Assembly (NCBI GenBank): GCA_041476485.1
Contig: JBGOTO010000001.1
Coordinates: 770 to 64,769 of the forward strand
Reading direction: 5' to 3'
Source: Nitrospirota bacterium
Lineage (GTDB): Bacteria; Nitrospirota; UBA9217
DNA: 64,000 bases
Shown here: piece by piece, positions 28,058 to 38,512 of the stretch
How the letters are laid out: every line of letters starts with the position of its first letter
Position numbering within the stretch: position 1 is the stretch's first letter
Notes under the pieces: generated by a model
The model's input: the letters and a program-made list of their open reading frames with translations, nothing else
The model's database searches: none
Told to the model about the DNA's origin: nothing
Translations under genes and position numbers: made by a program

Positions 28058-29433
28058 TCCGGTTCGTTCAGCTTCGCGAAGGCCTTCAGCACCACCTCGG
28101 AAAGCGCGGGATGGATATGGATCCCCCTGGCAACGGACCAGAGGTCCCCGTCTGCCGCCATGACATTCACTACCTCCTGGATCAGGACCGATGCCTGGGG
28201 GCCGATGATGTGGTATCCCAGTATCTTCCCGCTTTTGCGGTGCACGACGGCCTTGGTAAACCCCTCGGTCTCCATCATCGCCTCGCCGCGCGCCACGTCC
28301 GTGTACCTTGCCTTGCCCGTAAGCACTTCATGCTTGCCCATGAGCTTCACTGCCTGCTCCTCCGTCAGGCCCACGGACGCTATCTCGGGATAGGAGAAGA
28401 CGGCATGCGGAACTGCGAGGTAATTCATTTTTGATTTTTTCCCGTGGACGGCATTGTGCCAGATGATCTCGGCCTCGTGATTGGCGGTGTGCCGGAACAT
28501 CTTTTTGCCGACGGCGTCGCCGAAGGCCCAGATGTTCTTCTTCCCGGTCTCCAGGTAATCGTCAACCACGATGTACCCTTTTTCGTCCGTCTTGACGCCC
28601 GTATTTTTGACCATCAGGACATCGGCATTTGACTTTCTGCCCGCGGCGATAAGGACGTGCCGCGCCGTGACCTCCCTCTGTTTGCCGCTGTCCAGTTCTT
28701 TTGCCGTGACCGTCGTGACCTTTCCGGTTTGGCGGACTTCAATCGCTTCCGTATTCGTATACACCGTCATGCGGCGGGAAAGGGTGGTCTTGAGCAATTC
28801 CGAGACTTCCGGCTCTTCATCGGGCACGAGCTGCTTGTTGCGCTGAATGATCGTGACCTTCGCGCCCATGGCCTCGAAGAAATGAGCGAACTCGCACGCG
28901 ACATATCCTCCGCCGATGATGACCATGCTCTCGGGTTTCTCGGTGAGCCGGAGGACGCTCTCGTTCGTGAGGTATTCGATACTTTCAATTCCTTTAAGGG
29001 GAGGGATGAGGGGCCGGGCGCCGGTGACGAGAAAAATGGTCTTGCCCTTGATCGTATTGCTGTTTACCTCGAGTGTGTAATCCCCGGTGAAATGCGCCTC
29101 GCCGAAATAAAAATCCAACTCCTCGGTTTTCTCCAATGCTTCCTTGATGCGGTCATGGCCCTGCTTGACGTGCTCCCGCATCCGCTCCATGATCGCGCCG
29201 AAGTCTATGCTCTCGATCTTGGCTGAAATGCCGAGTTTCTTTGTTTCCCGTATTTCGACGATTCTATCCGCCGGATAGACGAGGATCTTCGTCGGGATTC
29301 AACCCATGTTGAGGCAGGTGCCGCCCAAAGGCCCCTTGTCCACGAGGGCCACGGTCATGTTGTGCGACAGCGCGTCTTCGATGAGGTTCGCGCCGGCGCC
29401 GGAGCCGATGATGACGACGTCATATTCTTTCAT
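28054..29433 (-). CDS. class-I pyridine nucleotide-disulfide oxidoreductase (Lpd/glutathione-reductase family) with in-frame TGA at the second active-site Cys position: candidate selenoprotein
   Basis: One continuous minus-strand frame from ATG 29433 to the stop at 28054, interrupted only by TGA at 29301..29299. Translation is MKEYDVVIIGSGAGANLIEDALSHNMTVALVDKGPLGGTCLNMG-[TGA]-IPTKILVYPADRIVEIRETKKLGI..., against the canonical GGTCLNVGCIPTK. Homology (CIPTK-like, NAD GxGxxG IIGGGYVACEF, C-terminal HIHPALSEV) continues on both sides. A hairpin lies 5-45 nt downstream (29256..29294). Confidence 0.7.
29256..29294 (-). promoter_or_regulatory. SECIS-like stem-loop immediately 3' of the in-frame UGA
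   Basis: mRNA after UGA is AUCC[CGACGA]AGAUCCUCG[UCUAUCC]GGC[GGAUAGA]A[UCGUCG]: a 6-bp lower stem, an internal loop, and a 7-bp upper stem with apical GGC, starting 5 nt after UGA. Confidence 0.45.
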
Positions 29434-29613
29434 GGATGATGTCCTTTCCTGAAACGTGCGCCCCCTTTGCCGAAGGACGGACAGGGGAGGATTTTTATTT
29501 GATTGTAGCAGGTTTACGGGAAGAGTCAATTAAACCGATTCTTCGTCTTGACTTATGGAAAAAATAACGCTATAAAACCGTAAGATTAGTAGCAAAGAAC
29601 CGGAGCCGACGCA

Positions 29614-30915
29614 TTGGACGATCAGCTAACGAAATACACACAAAAGCTCCTCCGCGACCGGACCGCGGTTGCGGAAAGCCTCCGCTTCTACCGGCTCGAC
29701 GACGTTTTGACGTCAAACAAACGGGACGAATGGCTTCCGCTCTTCACCGAGGTTTTCAACGGGCTGGACATCACCGCGATACTCTTTGCAAAACCGACGC
29801 TGCCTTTCGCTGACCTGCTTGTGGAACGGACCGATACGAACATTGATCGGCTTGTTCCGAAGGACAGCGAGACCAAAGGGTTCCTGCACGATATCCCCTT
29901 CATACGGGAGTGTGAATGGGCCGGGAGGCCGAAGCACGAGCTCGCAGGCATGATCGTCCGGTGTCTGAAAGAGCGGAAGGCGGCGATTATCCAGGGACTC
30001 GGCATGGTCGCGACGGGCGGCGTGACGGTGGAACAGGCGTACATCGGCTTTTCCACCCTGTTCCACACGACCTTCGTCAAATATCTTCTCGACCTGCTGG
30101 TAGAGGGGTTCAGGCTGCCGGGAGAAAAAGATGCTTTTGCGGCGTTTCGTAAGGATTGGTTGAAGACGCCGGACTTAGGCAGCCTTACCTTCACTCCGGG
30201 ACCGCTTGAAGGCAATGCGGAGTGCGGAATGCGCCCTGCACTCGCGCGAGCACTCGTAAACGCTGGGTGCAGGCGGAATGCGGAATGCGTGAATCGTAGT
30301 CAGGGAACAGACGCAATCTATCGTGAAGTCTGCAGGGTCGGACGCTATACCGTCGAGAAGGGATACGTAGACTCCTTTTTCGGGAACATCAGTTATTTCG
30401 ACGGAAAGACCATCTACATCAGCCAGACTACTTCATCGCTCGACGAGCTTGAAGGCCATATCGACCCTGTACCGCTCGACGGCTCATCCACTGCCGGGCT
30501 TTCGGCCTCATCGGAATTGCCTGCTCACCGGGGGATATACCTGTCTTCGGACTATCATGCCGTCCTTCACGGTCACCCCAAGTTCAGCGTGGTCATGTCC
30601 ATGTACTGCGTGGAGGAAGGCTGCACGATTCCCGACTGCAACCGGTTTTGCGATCGCAAACGTTCCGTGTGCGGCGTGCCGGTCGTGGCCGGAGAGACGG
30701 GCGCCGGCGGGCTGGCAACATCCGTTCCTCTTGCCATCAACAAGACCGGCGTCTGCATCGCCTACGGGCACGGTATTTTTTCTGCAGGGAAGAAAGATTT
30801 TCGGGATGCGTTCATGAACATGGCGGAGGCGGAAGACAAGTGCAGAGACGGGTATTTTGAACTGCTGGAAGGCAGGAAGGTAGAAGGTCACGAAGTTAAG
30901 AAGTTAGGAGAGTAA
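29614..30915 (+). CDS. two-domain protein whose C-terminal half is class II aldolase/adducin-like; the heptamer repeat is embedded in-frame mid-ORF
   Basis: TTG start. The C-terminal half has GNISYFDG, HAVLHGHP and AYGHGIFSAG (class II aldolase Zn/His motifs). Residues encoded by 30214..30292 (NAECGMRPALARALVNAGCRRNAECVNRS) come from the GCGGAAT repeat element that is intergenic at five other loci. Confidence 0.6.
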   Translation: MDDQLTKYTQKLLRDRTAVAESLRFYRLDDVLTSNKRDEWLPLFTEVFNGLDITAILFAKPTLPFADLLVERTDTNIDRLVPKDSETKGFLHDIPFIRECEWAGRPKHELAGMIVRCLKERKAAIIQGLGMVATGGVTVEQAYIGFSTLFHTTFVKYLLDLLVEGFRLPGEKDAFAAFRKDWLKTPDLGSLTFTPGPLEGNAECGMRPALARALVNAGCRRNAECVNRSQGTDAIYREVCRVGRYTVEKGYVDSFFGNISYFDGKTIYISQTTSSLDELEGHIDPVPLDGSSTAGLSASSELPAHRGIYLSSDYHAVLHGHPKFSVVMSMYCVEEGCTIPDCNRFCDRKRSVCGVPVVAGETGAGGLATSVPLAINKTGVCIAYGHGIFSAGKKDFRDAFMNMAEAEDKCRDGYFELLEGRKVEGHEVKKLGE

Positions 30916-30963
30916 GAAGGTAGGAAACACGTTCTTACCCTTTTCCGGTCTTCGCTCCGCCTT

Positions 30964-31182
30964 TCACGCCGCTTTTTTCGGCAGCTTCTCTCGGGCAGCA
31001 CCGAACTCGAACGTATAAATTTTGAAGTCCCCCTCGGGAAACGCCTTTTTCAACCTGTTTACGAACTCCTCATACACGACCTTGTCGTACTGTTGAATAT
31101 CGGTTTCCCTGGTCTTTTCGGTGACCCCCTGGAGTTCCATGTCCAGATAGAAGTCCATTTCCGGAGAAATACGTAACCACAT
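30964..31182 (-). CDS. small hypothetical protein (72 aa)
   Basis: Strong RBS GGAGGTG 7 nt before ATG 31182. The track ORF 30964..31314 is a longer upstream extension. Confidence 0.5.
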   Translation of the reverse strand: MWLRISPEMDFYLDMELQGVTEKTRETDIQQYDKVVYEEFVNRLKKAFPEGDFKIYTFEFGAAREKLPKKAA

Positions 31183-31527
31183 AGTATTCACCTCCCTAGA
31201 GAACGGAGCTATAAACCGGTCTCTTGATATTTCTATTATACCTCTTCCGGAGAAGAACTGTTCTTCATGGAATTTAATGCACCGCAGAAGGCGGCCCCTC
31301 GTTCTGTCGCGCACGCGTGCCGGTCATGCGGTAGTTGCATAAGGCGGTTAAGCTTGTCCCGGCAGCACTTCCGCTTCGCTCGTGCTGCTTTAAGCTGTGT
31401 GTTTGATCGAACTATGATTAGGGAGGCACGCCTAAGCGCGCCTATCGCTCCGGGGCCGCCTTCTTGAACTTTGCACCATAAAACCCGTGAGCCGGAAGAA
31501 CGATGGGGCGGATGAAAAAACGGCGGA

Positions 31528-34500
31528 TTATACTTTAGTTGTCAGTTCGAGCCGGTTGCTGTCGAGGAAGAGAAGATAGCCTTCGACACTCGTGAGGCCG
31601 AACATTTCCTTTACGGCCTCGCAGTAAATCCGGATTTGGGGAAGGTAATGAGCGCTCCACTCCCTGAGCGCCGCGTCGTTTTCTATGCGAATGGCCTTGT
31701 AATCGACGACAGAGCCCGAGTTTCCCTTGATCACCACGCGGTCGATTTTGCCGCTCACGAGCGACCTGCCTTTTTTATACAGGAACGGCAGCTCGGAGTA
31801 AGAATCTTCGCGGCGCTCGAAGATCCAGGCCAAATCGTTCCTGGCCGTGACCGATTGCAAGACAGATCCGATATCGTCGAGGAGCAATCGCTTCGCGTCG
31901 CTCGTGAGCATGGTTATATCGGGATATTCCATAATAATCCGGTCGAGATCGTAGTTCCCCGTTTTTGTAAACTCTTCGAGACATCGATGAAGTATGCTTC
32001 CGCGCGTGAGCGGGGAGGCCCGTCCGGAGTCGGTCTGGGGCGGGAAAATTTCGAGTGGCGCCTCCTTCTTCTGCTCGATGAAGTCGGTCACCCGTTTCCA
32101 TTCAGGCGCTTCGGACAAGGGGAGCGGAGAGAGGTTCTCTATAACAGCAGTTACCTCTATTGCCTCCTCACTCGTCCGTTGCTGAACGGCCTGTTGTTCG
32201 CTTGTTGTATCCACCGTTGTGAACTGCGCCTGCCAGTCAGGATAAGCATAGTGAATGACGGTTGCTCCGTCATCCCCGCTTTTGTTTTGATCAAGCCGCA
32301 GGGCTTGATGCAGAAAGTCCAGCCAGGTGTTCGGCCTTACCGGCGCCTTGCCGCTTGCGAGCGTGCCGAGCATGATGAGATGGTCCCGCGCCCGCGTCAT
32401 GGCCACGTACAAGAGCCGCTGGTGCTCGCGCCTGAGTTCCTCCTGTTCGCCGTGCTCGCCTTTCCACAGGTCTTCATACACGGGATTGTCCGAATCCCTG
32501 ATCGCCATGCGCCTTGTGCCGTTTGTTTCCTCGATCAGCGCTTCCGGGCCCGCGGCCAAAGACCGCGCGGACTGGTTCATGCCCGGCAAAAACATGACGG
32601 GATATTCCAACCCCTTTGCCTTGTGCACGGTCATGATGCTCACGGACCCCTGGAATCCGGGCAAATTCATGTCCGACGTGGCTTCGCGCTGCTCGGTCCG
32701 GCGGATGTTCTTGATCCATTCGACAAAATCCTGGAGCGTGGTGTAACCCCGGCGGTCGAACTCGCGCGCGGTGTCGAGCAGTTTGTCGATATTGAAGATC
32801 GCCTGCGGATTATGTCTGCCGAACCGGACGTACGCGCCGGTTTCTTTCACGATCCGGTGAATGAGGCCGGAAAGCGGCTCAAGCCGTGCGATGCCCCTCC
32901 AGCCTTCCAGCATGTTTCCGATTTGAGGCCTTCGGCTTTTGAGGGCGTCTGCCAGGCTCCTATCGGCCTGGATGAGGTCGAAGAGGTCCTTGTCCGTAAG
33001 GCCGAACAGCCAGGACTTGAGCGCCGAGGCGAGGGCGAGATTATCGTCCTTGTTCCAGAGAAAGAAAAGAATGTTGATGAGCGCCTGAATCTCGTCTTCT
33101 TCGTAAAAGCCGATGCCGCCGACCACGCGATAGGGGATGCCCCGTGCCTGGAGCGCGGTCTCGTACTCTTTGAGCCGCGTGCGAGACTGGATGAGGACGG
33201 CGCAGTCTCCGTATTCCACTGGGCGCGCATGCAGGCCGGATATTGCTTCTCCGGTCCGGTCATACACAACGGTCCCGTTATCGATCAGCGATTGTATCTC
33301 GCGGGCAAGCACATCCGCTTCGCTCGGGCGGGATGACTGCTCCTCTGCGCGGCCCGGCGAAAGTTCGATGAGCCGCACGCTCCCTGTGTGCTGTGTGCGG
33401 TCGACTTCGGAGGGTTGATATGCTTCTTCCCAGAGCGCGGAGAATACCCGGTTCACGGTCTCGATGACCGCGGGTGTCGAACGGAAATTTTTGTCCAGGG
33501 TCAGGACCTCGCGCGATGCGGGTGGAATGTTTTTTTTCATCCGTTCACGGATGCCGTGAATCAAACGATAGTTCGCTTCGCGGAAGCGGTATATGGATTG
33601 CTTTTCATCGCCGACCACGAACAGGGTCGGAGGCATGGGCTTGTCCGCCCCCTGTCCGGAAAAGATCTCTTCGGTCAGTTTCTTCAAAATGGCCCACTGG
33701 ATGTCGCTGGTGTCCTGGAACTCGTCCACGAGGAAGTGGAGGATCTTGCGGTCGAGCCAGTAGAGTATGTCCGGCGATTCCATGCTTTGGAGCAGGCGAT
33801 AGGCATAAATCTCGAGGTCGTCGAAGTCCGCCAGGCCTTCCCTGAGCTTTGATTCCCGGTATCGTTCTTCCGCGCGAAGGTAGAGCCTGAGCAGGCTCAC
33901 GCTCTCAAGGCCTGCGCGGGCGCGCAGATGCGTATTCTTGAGCCGGTACAGCAGTTCTTGAATTTTAAAAAAGAGGGTTTCGTATTCCTTCCGGTTGTTT
34001 TTTGTCTTGAATGCCTTGAGCGTGATCTTCGGACTCTTGCGCGGCGTGCCTTCCACGGTGAAGTAGATCGGGAAGAGCAGGGTTGCTGTTTTGTATGCCG
34101 GGCCGCCGGCTTCTGCTTCCGCGAGGACGAGATGTTTTTGGCCCTTGCTGTCCAAATAGTTGTCTCCCTCGGACTTGAGCAGGTGTTCCATCTGTCGGAA
34201 TGAGGCGACCCATTCAGCGCTTGCGATAAGTGTTTTTATCTCGATTTCCGCGGCATCAATCTCCATGCCGCGACGGATTGATTGTACCAGGCCTTCCGGA
34301 CCGCCCGCGTCGATCTCCATGCGCTTGAGCCGGCTCCTGATTGAGAGCAGGAACTCCGTGATGGATATGAGTCTGTCTACGGGAACGTCTTGAAGCGGCT
34401 GCATGAGCTCCGGCACGCGGTCGGACTCCTCGATCGCGCTTTCAATGGCCAGTTGGATTTTATATGCCTGGTCCCGGGAATCGAGCACCCCGAAGTCCGG

Positions 34501-34863
34501 CGGCAGCCCGGCCTCGAGCGGGTAGCGTTTTAAAAGATTCATGCAGAAGGAGTGGATCGTCGAGATACGCAGGTCCTGCCTGCCGCGGATGATCTTCTTG
34601 AGCATGGCTTCGGGCAGGTCGCGCAAAACGCGCTCTTTGATCTCCGCGGCGGCCTTGTCCGTAAACGTGATGGCCACCGCCTGGTCGATGTTGAGTCCGC
34701 GTTTTTCGAGCGCTTCGAGAAGGGCGAGGTAACGGTCCTTGAGCGCGCGGGTCTTCCCCGATCCTGCCGAGGCCGAAAGATGCACGGACTTGGCGGTGTC
34801 GGCGGCTTTCTGCATGGTTTGGTTTTTGATCATAGGAATTATTGCAGGGGCGTATGGCAACAC
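31528..34863 (-). CDS. addA: ATP-dependent helicase/nuclease subunit A (UvrD-like helicase + C-terminal RecB-family nuclease)
   Basis: Walker A SASAGSGKTRAL, UvrD helicase motifs, and C-terminal nuclease motif GKIDRVV...VDYKA. Confidence 0.85.
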   Translation of the reverse strand: MLPYAPAIIPMIKNQTMQKAADTAKSVHLSASAGSGKTRALKDRYLALLEALEKRGLNIDQAVAITFTDKAAAEIKERVLRDLPEAMLKKIIRGRQDLRISTIHSFCMNLLKRYPLEAGLPPDFGVLDSRDQAYKIQLAIESAIEESDRVPELMQPLQDVPVDRLISITEFLLSIRSRLKRMEIDAGGPEGLVQSIRRGMEIDAAEIEIKTLIASAEWVASFRQMEHLLKSEGDNYLDSKGQKHLVLAEAEAGGPAYKTATLLFPIYFTVEGTPRKSPKITLKAFKTKNNRKEYETLFFKIQELLYRLKNTHLRARAGLESVSLLRLYLRAEERYRESKLREGLADFDDLEIYAYRLLQSMESPDILYWLDRKILHFLVDEFQDTSDIQWAILKKLTEEIFSGQGADKPMPPTLFVVGDEKQSIYRFREANYRLIHGIRERMKKNIPPASREVLTLDKNFRSTPAVIETVNRVFSALWEEAYQPSEVDRTQHTGSVRLIELSPGRAEEQSSRPSEADVLAREIQSLIDNGTVVYDRTGEAISGLHARPVEYGDCAVLIQSRTRLKEYETALQARGIPYRVVGGIGFYEEDEIQALINILFFLWNKDDNLALASALKSWLFGLTDKDLFDLIQADRSLADALKSRRPQIGNMLEGWRGIARLEPLSGLIHRIVKETGAYVRFGRHNPQAIFNIDKLLDTAREFDRRGYTTLQDFVEWIKNIRRTEQREATSDMNLPGFQGSVSIMTVHKAKGLEYPVMFLPGMNQSARSLAAGPEALIEETNGTRRMAIRDSDNPVYEDLWKGEHGEQEELRREHQRLLYVAMTRARDHLIMLGTLASGKAPVRPNTWLDFLHQALRLDQNKSGDDGATVIHYAYPDWQAQFTTVDTTSEQQAVQQRTSEEAIEVTAVIENLSPLPLSEAPEWKRVTDFIEQKKEAPLEIFPPQTDSGRASPLTRGSILHRCLEEFTKTGNYDLDRIIMEYPDITMLTSDAKRLLLDDIGSVLQSVTARNDLAWIFERREDSYSELPFLYKKGRSLVSGKIDRVVIKGNSGSVVDYKAIRIENDAALREWSAHYLPQIRIYCEAVKEMFGLTSVEGYLLFLDSNRLELTTKV

Positions 34864-34867
34864 GCCC

Positions 34868-37800
34868 CTACGGTTCTTCTTTCTCGCACATCATCTCATT
34901 GGGGCAATACCGGCACTTATTTTCATCCTGCGGTTTGGATTTAAAATCTCCCGCACGGATGCCCTCGACTGCCTTCCGGGCCTTGTCCATGCTCTGTTTC
35001 AAAATGGCTTCGAATTCTTCGGCGTTTTTCGGGCTTGCCGAGGGTTTTGACGCGGGCTGTTCTTCCATCTCGTCCTTGTCGTACAGGACAACGTCCCGCG
35101 CCCCTGCCCCTGTTTTTCCCGCCAGGTCATAGTAAGCGAGGCCGATGGATTTACACAGCGCCGGGCCTTTGTCCGATAACGCGGACAATGCCATGACGGC
35201 ATAGACCGGAAGCTGAAAAATATCCTGCACGAGCCCCATCTTCGGTAGCGGATACTTGCCGGTCTTATAATCCACGATGATGAAATTACCGTTCTCGTCC
35301 ACGTCGATGCGATCTATCTTGGCCGAGAGCTCCACTTCCTCCCCAGTGGAAAGGAGGAGCTTGAAGGACCCGATCTTCTGTTCCAGATACGCGGGCCGCA
35401 ATCCCTGCTTCCAGAATTCCTCCTCCGCATCGAGAAAACGCTCTGCCATGACATTTAGGAACAGGTCTTTCTCGCGCCGGTTACGGACCGTATCGGCTTC
35501 TTTGTCAAAAGAAGAGAGCGCGAGTTTCTTGAGCAGCGCCCGTGCTTCGTCGCGGTTCTCTTTGGTCACCGGGATGTTCCTTGCGAGGTAGAAATTGCGC
35601 AGGATCGCGTGGGCCTTGCTGCCGCGGGCGAGCGGGGAGATGTCCTCGGTCGGTTCTTCGAGCAATTCGATTCCGAGAACATGCTTGATATAGTAATCAT
35701 AGGGACAGTTGACATAGTCGTCCAGTTCCGTGACCCAGAACTCCTTCTTCTGCTGCGGTACGCGTGTGGACGTTGCATTCCCCGGCGTGTACTCGATTGC
35801 GGATTTGATCCCGGAGATGCCTTTGAGCTCCGCGCTCATGATCTTTTGTATGCCCGGAATATTCGGCGAAAGGCTGAGGGCCTTTGCCAACTCAGGTATG
35901 CTCCGGCTTTCTGCGACCTTCAGGCTGAACTGAATTCCCGACGTCTTCTCGATTCCCCGGTTCATGAGGCCGGCTTTCTTAAGCGGGGCAAGCTCTTCCA
36001 GGAACGGCGAGGGAACCACGGGCCGGTCTCCATCGTTCTCGGGCCAGGTGAGCGTAACTTTTTCAGTTGACAGCAAAAGACGGTAAAAATGGTATGCCGC
36101 GTTCAGGCGCGCCCGTTCGAGCGTACGCACGCCGAGCAATTCCAGCGTGGCCTCAGGCAGAAAGATGTTTTGCGGCAGGCGCTGCGGGAACGTTCCGTCC
36201 ATAAGCCCGCCGAGATAGACTTCTTTCCACGGGCGACCCATGCTTTCTTCCAGCCCCAGGATTTGCACGCCGCCCTCGTCTTCAGGCGGGACCTGGAACC
36301 GCGTGTGCATGAAGGTCTTCTTTAAGAGGAAGAGCCACTCATGAAAAGTATACCGATATTCGGGGAACAGTTTCCCGGACCGGGCCAGGGACGCAAGGGT
36401 TTCGTTCAGCTTTCGGTACGCCTGGAGGTTGATCTCGAGCGGACCGTGAATAAGCGCGACCCGGGCGCCGAGGCCTGACCAGGCAATGAGGCCGCCCAGA
36501 CGGTCCATCCAGAGGCTGAGCTGGGCGGTTTCCTGAGTTGAAAACGGTCCCAGTGCCGTGAACAGTTCGTTCAGCGGCGCGGAGAGGACGTCTGTTCCGC
36601 TTTCTCCCGCTGTGGAATATTTCAGGGCGGAGAGCAGCTTTTCCCTGCCGCCGGTCACGCGTTTATTGCGCATGAGGCGGTCGAGGGCCGGCGCGAGAGA
36701 CGGTCGATCGCCAAACTTGAGGAAAGGGGAGCTGAAAATCCTGAGAAGCGACGGGCCTGAGAAGCCGTCCTGACACGCGCGCAGCAGCGAGACGATTGAC
36801 GTGGTCACCGGCGACGCGCTGAGTTGCCTGCCGAGGGCGCGGTTGTAGGGAATGCCGTAGTCCGTGAATATTTCCTCCACGAGCGGACCGTACTCGTCGA
36901 GCGCGGGAAAGACGACCAGGATGGATTCGGCGGGGGCGCCCCGCTGCATCGATTTTTTCACCATCCCGGCGATCAGGGACGTCTCCTCGCGGCTGTTAAC
37001 GGCGGAGAGCAGGTTCATTTCCTTCGAGAAGGACGACGGGGCCGGGGCCTGCCGCACGACATCGTCAAAGGGCTTGTCCGAGAACAGCGCCCCGGCAAGG
37101 AACACCTCGTCAGGATGCGCCCCCGCGCCTTCCTGCACAGGCACGAGGCCCAACGATGAAATGAAGTCCTTCGTTATGCTGAGAGGGTGAAAGTCCTTCG
37201 CGCGATTCAGCAGTTCGGGCGAGGTCGCGTCGACCAGGTACGTGCAGTTTCCGCACGCGGCGACCTTTTTGAGGATGTCCGTTTCGAGCTTGCCCGCGTC
37301 CCGGATCCCGTCGATGACGATCTCACGGTACGGCGCGAGCCAGGAGGCGTCAAATTGTTCGCAAACAGAAGCGAGCATCCCGGCGGGATCGAGCAAGCCC
37401 TTTTTTTGCAGCATGGCTTGATACCCGCCGTATACATCAACGAGCAGCCTGACCTGGGGCTTGTCGGAAAATTCGGCGTGTTTGACAAGGGCAAGCAAGT
37501 CCTCGGGCGATACGCCTGCGGCGGAGAGTTGCTCGATCGTTTCTGCGAGCGCCGAGGAGAGCGACGGCGCGAGAAGGTCGGGGCTCTGGTTGAACAGGGC
37601 AGTGCCGGTCAGGCGTCCTTTGACGATGCCTTCGAGAAGGACCAGCCTGCTGTTTTCGTCGATGATCCGCGGGCCGCGCAGCCGCGCGTACAGTTTTTCA
37701 AAAAACTGGTGAAGGGTCTGGATCTCGGGCTGGACGAGGGCCGTCGCTCCGTGCAGCCGCTGGAGGGCCTCCAGAACAAGCCTGCCGTACATCCGCTTCA

Positions 37801-37957
37801 GACGCGAAGAGGGGACAAGGACCAGCACGTCACCGTAGAAAAACGGGGGTCGCGGACGGGAAGCGATAATCCCTTCAACGATGCGGACCTTCTCGTTCCA
37901 GCCCTCGTTTCCGTATGGCAGTGTCGCGCATTTCATGGCATGATGATTATGCCACAA
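34868..37957 (-). CDS. addB: helicase/nuclease subunit B (inactivated helicase-like + PD-(D/E)xK nuclease with 4Cys Fe-S staple)
   Basis: 1029 aa, directly upstream of addA; C-terminal YVNCPYDYY ... IVDYKTGK ... CRYCPNEMMC. Confidence 0.8.
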   Translation of the reverse strand: MWHNHHAMKCATLPYGNEGWNEKVRIVEGIIASRPRPPFFYGDVLVLVPSSRLKRMYGRLVLEALQRLHGATALVQPEIQTLHQFFEKLYARLRGPRIIDENSRLVLLEGIVKGRLTGTALFNQSPDLLAPSLSSALAETIEQLSAAGVSPEDLLALVKHAEFSDKPQVRLLVDVYGGYQAMLQKKGLLDPAGMLASVCEQFDASWLAPYREIVIDGIRDAGKLETDILKKVAACGNCTYLVDATSPELLNRAKDFHPLSITKDFISSLGLVPVQEGAGAHPDEVFLAGALFSDKPFDDVVRQAPAPSSFSKEMNLLSAVNSREETSLIAGMVKKSMQRGAPAESILVVFPALDEYGPLVEEIFTDYGIPYNRALGRQLSASPVTTSIVSLLRACQDGFSGPSLLRIFSSPFLKFGDRPSLAPALDRLMRNKRVTGGREKLLSALKYSTAGESGTDVLSAPLNELFTALGPFSTQETAQLSLWMDRLGGLIAWSGLGARVALIHGPLEINLQAYRKLNETLASLARSGKLFPEYRYTFHEWLFLLKKTFMHTRFQVPPEDEGGVQILGLEESMGRPWKEVYLGGLMDGTFPQRLPQNIFLPEATLELLGVRTLERARLNAAYHFYRLLLSTEKVTLTWPENDGDRPVVPSPFLEELAPLKKAGLMNRGIEKTSGIQFSLKVAESRSIPELAKALSLSPNIPGIQKIMSAELKGISGIKSAIEYTPGNATSTRVPQQKKEFWVTELDDYVNCPYDYYIKHVLGIELLEEPTEDISPLARGSKAHAILRNFYLARNIPVTKENRDEARALLKKLALSSFDKEADTVRNRREKDLFLNVMAERFLDAEEEFWKQGLRPAYLEQKIGSFKLLLSTGEEVELSAKIDRIDVDENGNFIIVDYKTGKYPLPKMGLVQDIFQLPVYAVMALSALSDKGPALCKSIGLAYYDLAGKTGAGARDVVLYDKDEMEEQPASKPSASPKNAEEFEAILKQSMDKARKAVEGIRAGDFKSKPQDENKCRYCPNEMMCEKEEP

Positions 37958-38031
37958 CTGAAAATTATTGACAATGGTTAGTGCATCGTTTATACTTATT
38001 TACAAATGGTGCGTTTTATAAGGAGGATGGA

Positions 38032-38355
38032 ATGGCAGAAGCGGTGACGAGCGCAACATGGGAACAAGAGGTCCTGAAGGCAAACGGCCTCGTGCTGGTG
38101 GATTTTTGGGCCGTCTGGTGCGGGCCCTGCAGGATGGTCGCTCCGATCGTTGACGAGCTATCCAAGGAATACGATGGCAAGCTCAAGGTCCTCAAGCTGA
38201 ACACGGACGAGAACCCCGACGTGGCCGGCAAGTACCGGATCATGGGCATCCCGACCCTTATGTTTTTCAAGGACGGCCAGACCGTAGACCAGGTGGTCGG
38301 CGCCGTGCCCAAGACCCAGCTCAAAGCCAAGGTGGATGCGCTGCTCGTAAAATAG
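38032..38355 (+). CDS. trxA: thioredoxin
   Basis: WCGPC active site; AGGAGGA RBS 5 nt upstream of ATG 38032. Confidence 0.9.
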   Translation: MAEAVTSATWEQEVLKANGLVLVDFWAVWCGPCRMVAPIVDELSKEYDGKLKVLKLNTDENPDVAGKYRIMGIPTLMFFKDGQTVDQVVGAVPKTQLKAKVDALLVK

Positions 38356-38412
38356 CGGCCTTCACTTCTTCACGAGACGCGCGCTTCGGCGTATCCGTCT
38401 CTCAGCAGATCA

Positions 38413-38441
38413 CCTGCCCGCTTCGGCGGGCGGTTTTGTTT
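38413..38441 (+). terminator. rho-independent terminator after trxA
   Basis: Hairpin GCCCGC-TTCG-GCGGGC followed by TTTTGTTTT. Confidence 0.6.
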
Positions 38442-38512
38442 TCCCCTGTCGTTTTGTTGTGCCCTGTGTCGTTTTGTGGTACTCTGTATTGAAGCGCAAA
38501 GGAGATTTTTTG

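Noticed and set aside
29299-29529. Treating 29299..29529 and 28054..29190 as two separate small and large genes
   Set aside because: Same frame, no stop other than the single TGA. Continuous Lpd/GR homology across the TGA and an open 36-codon stretch before the ATG at 29190. Better explained as one Sec (or Cys-to-stop) gene.
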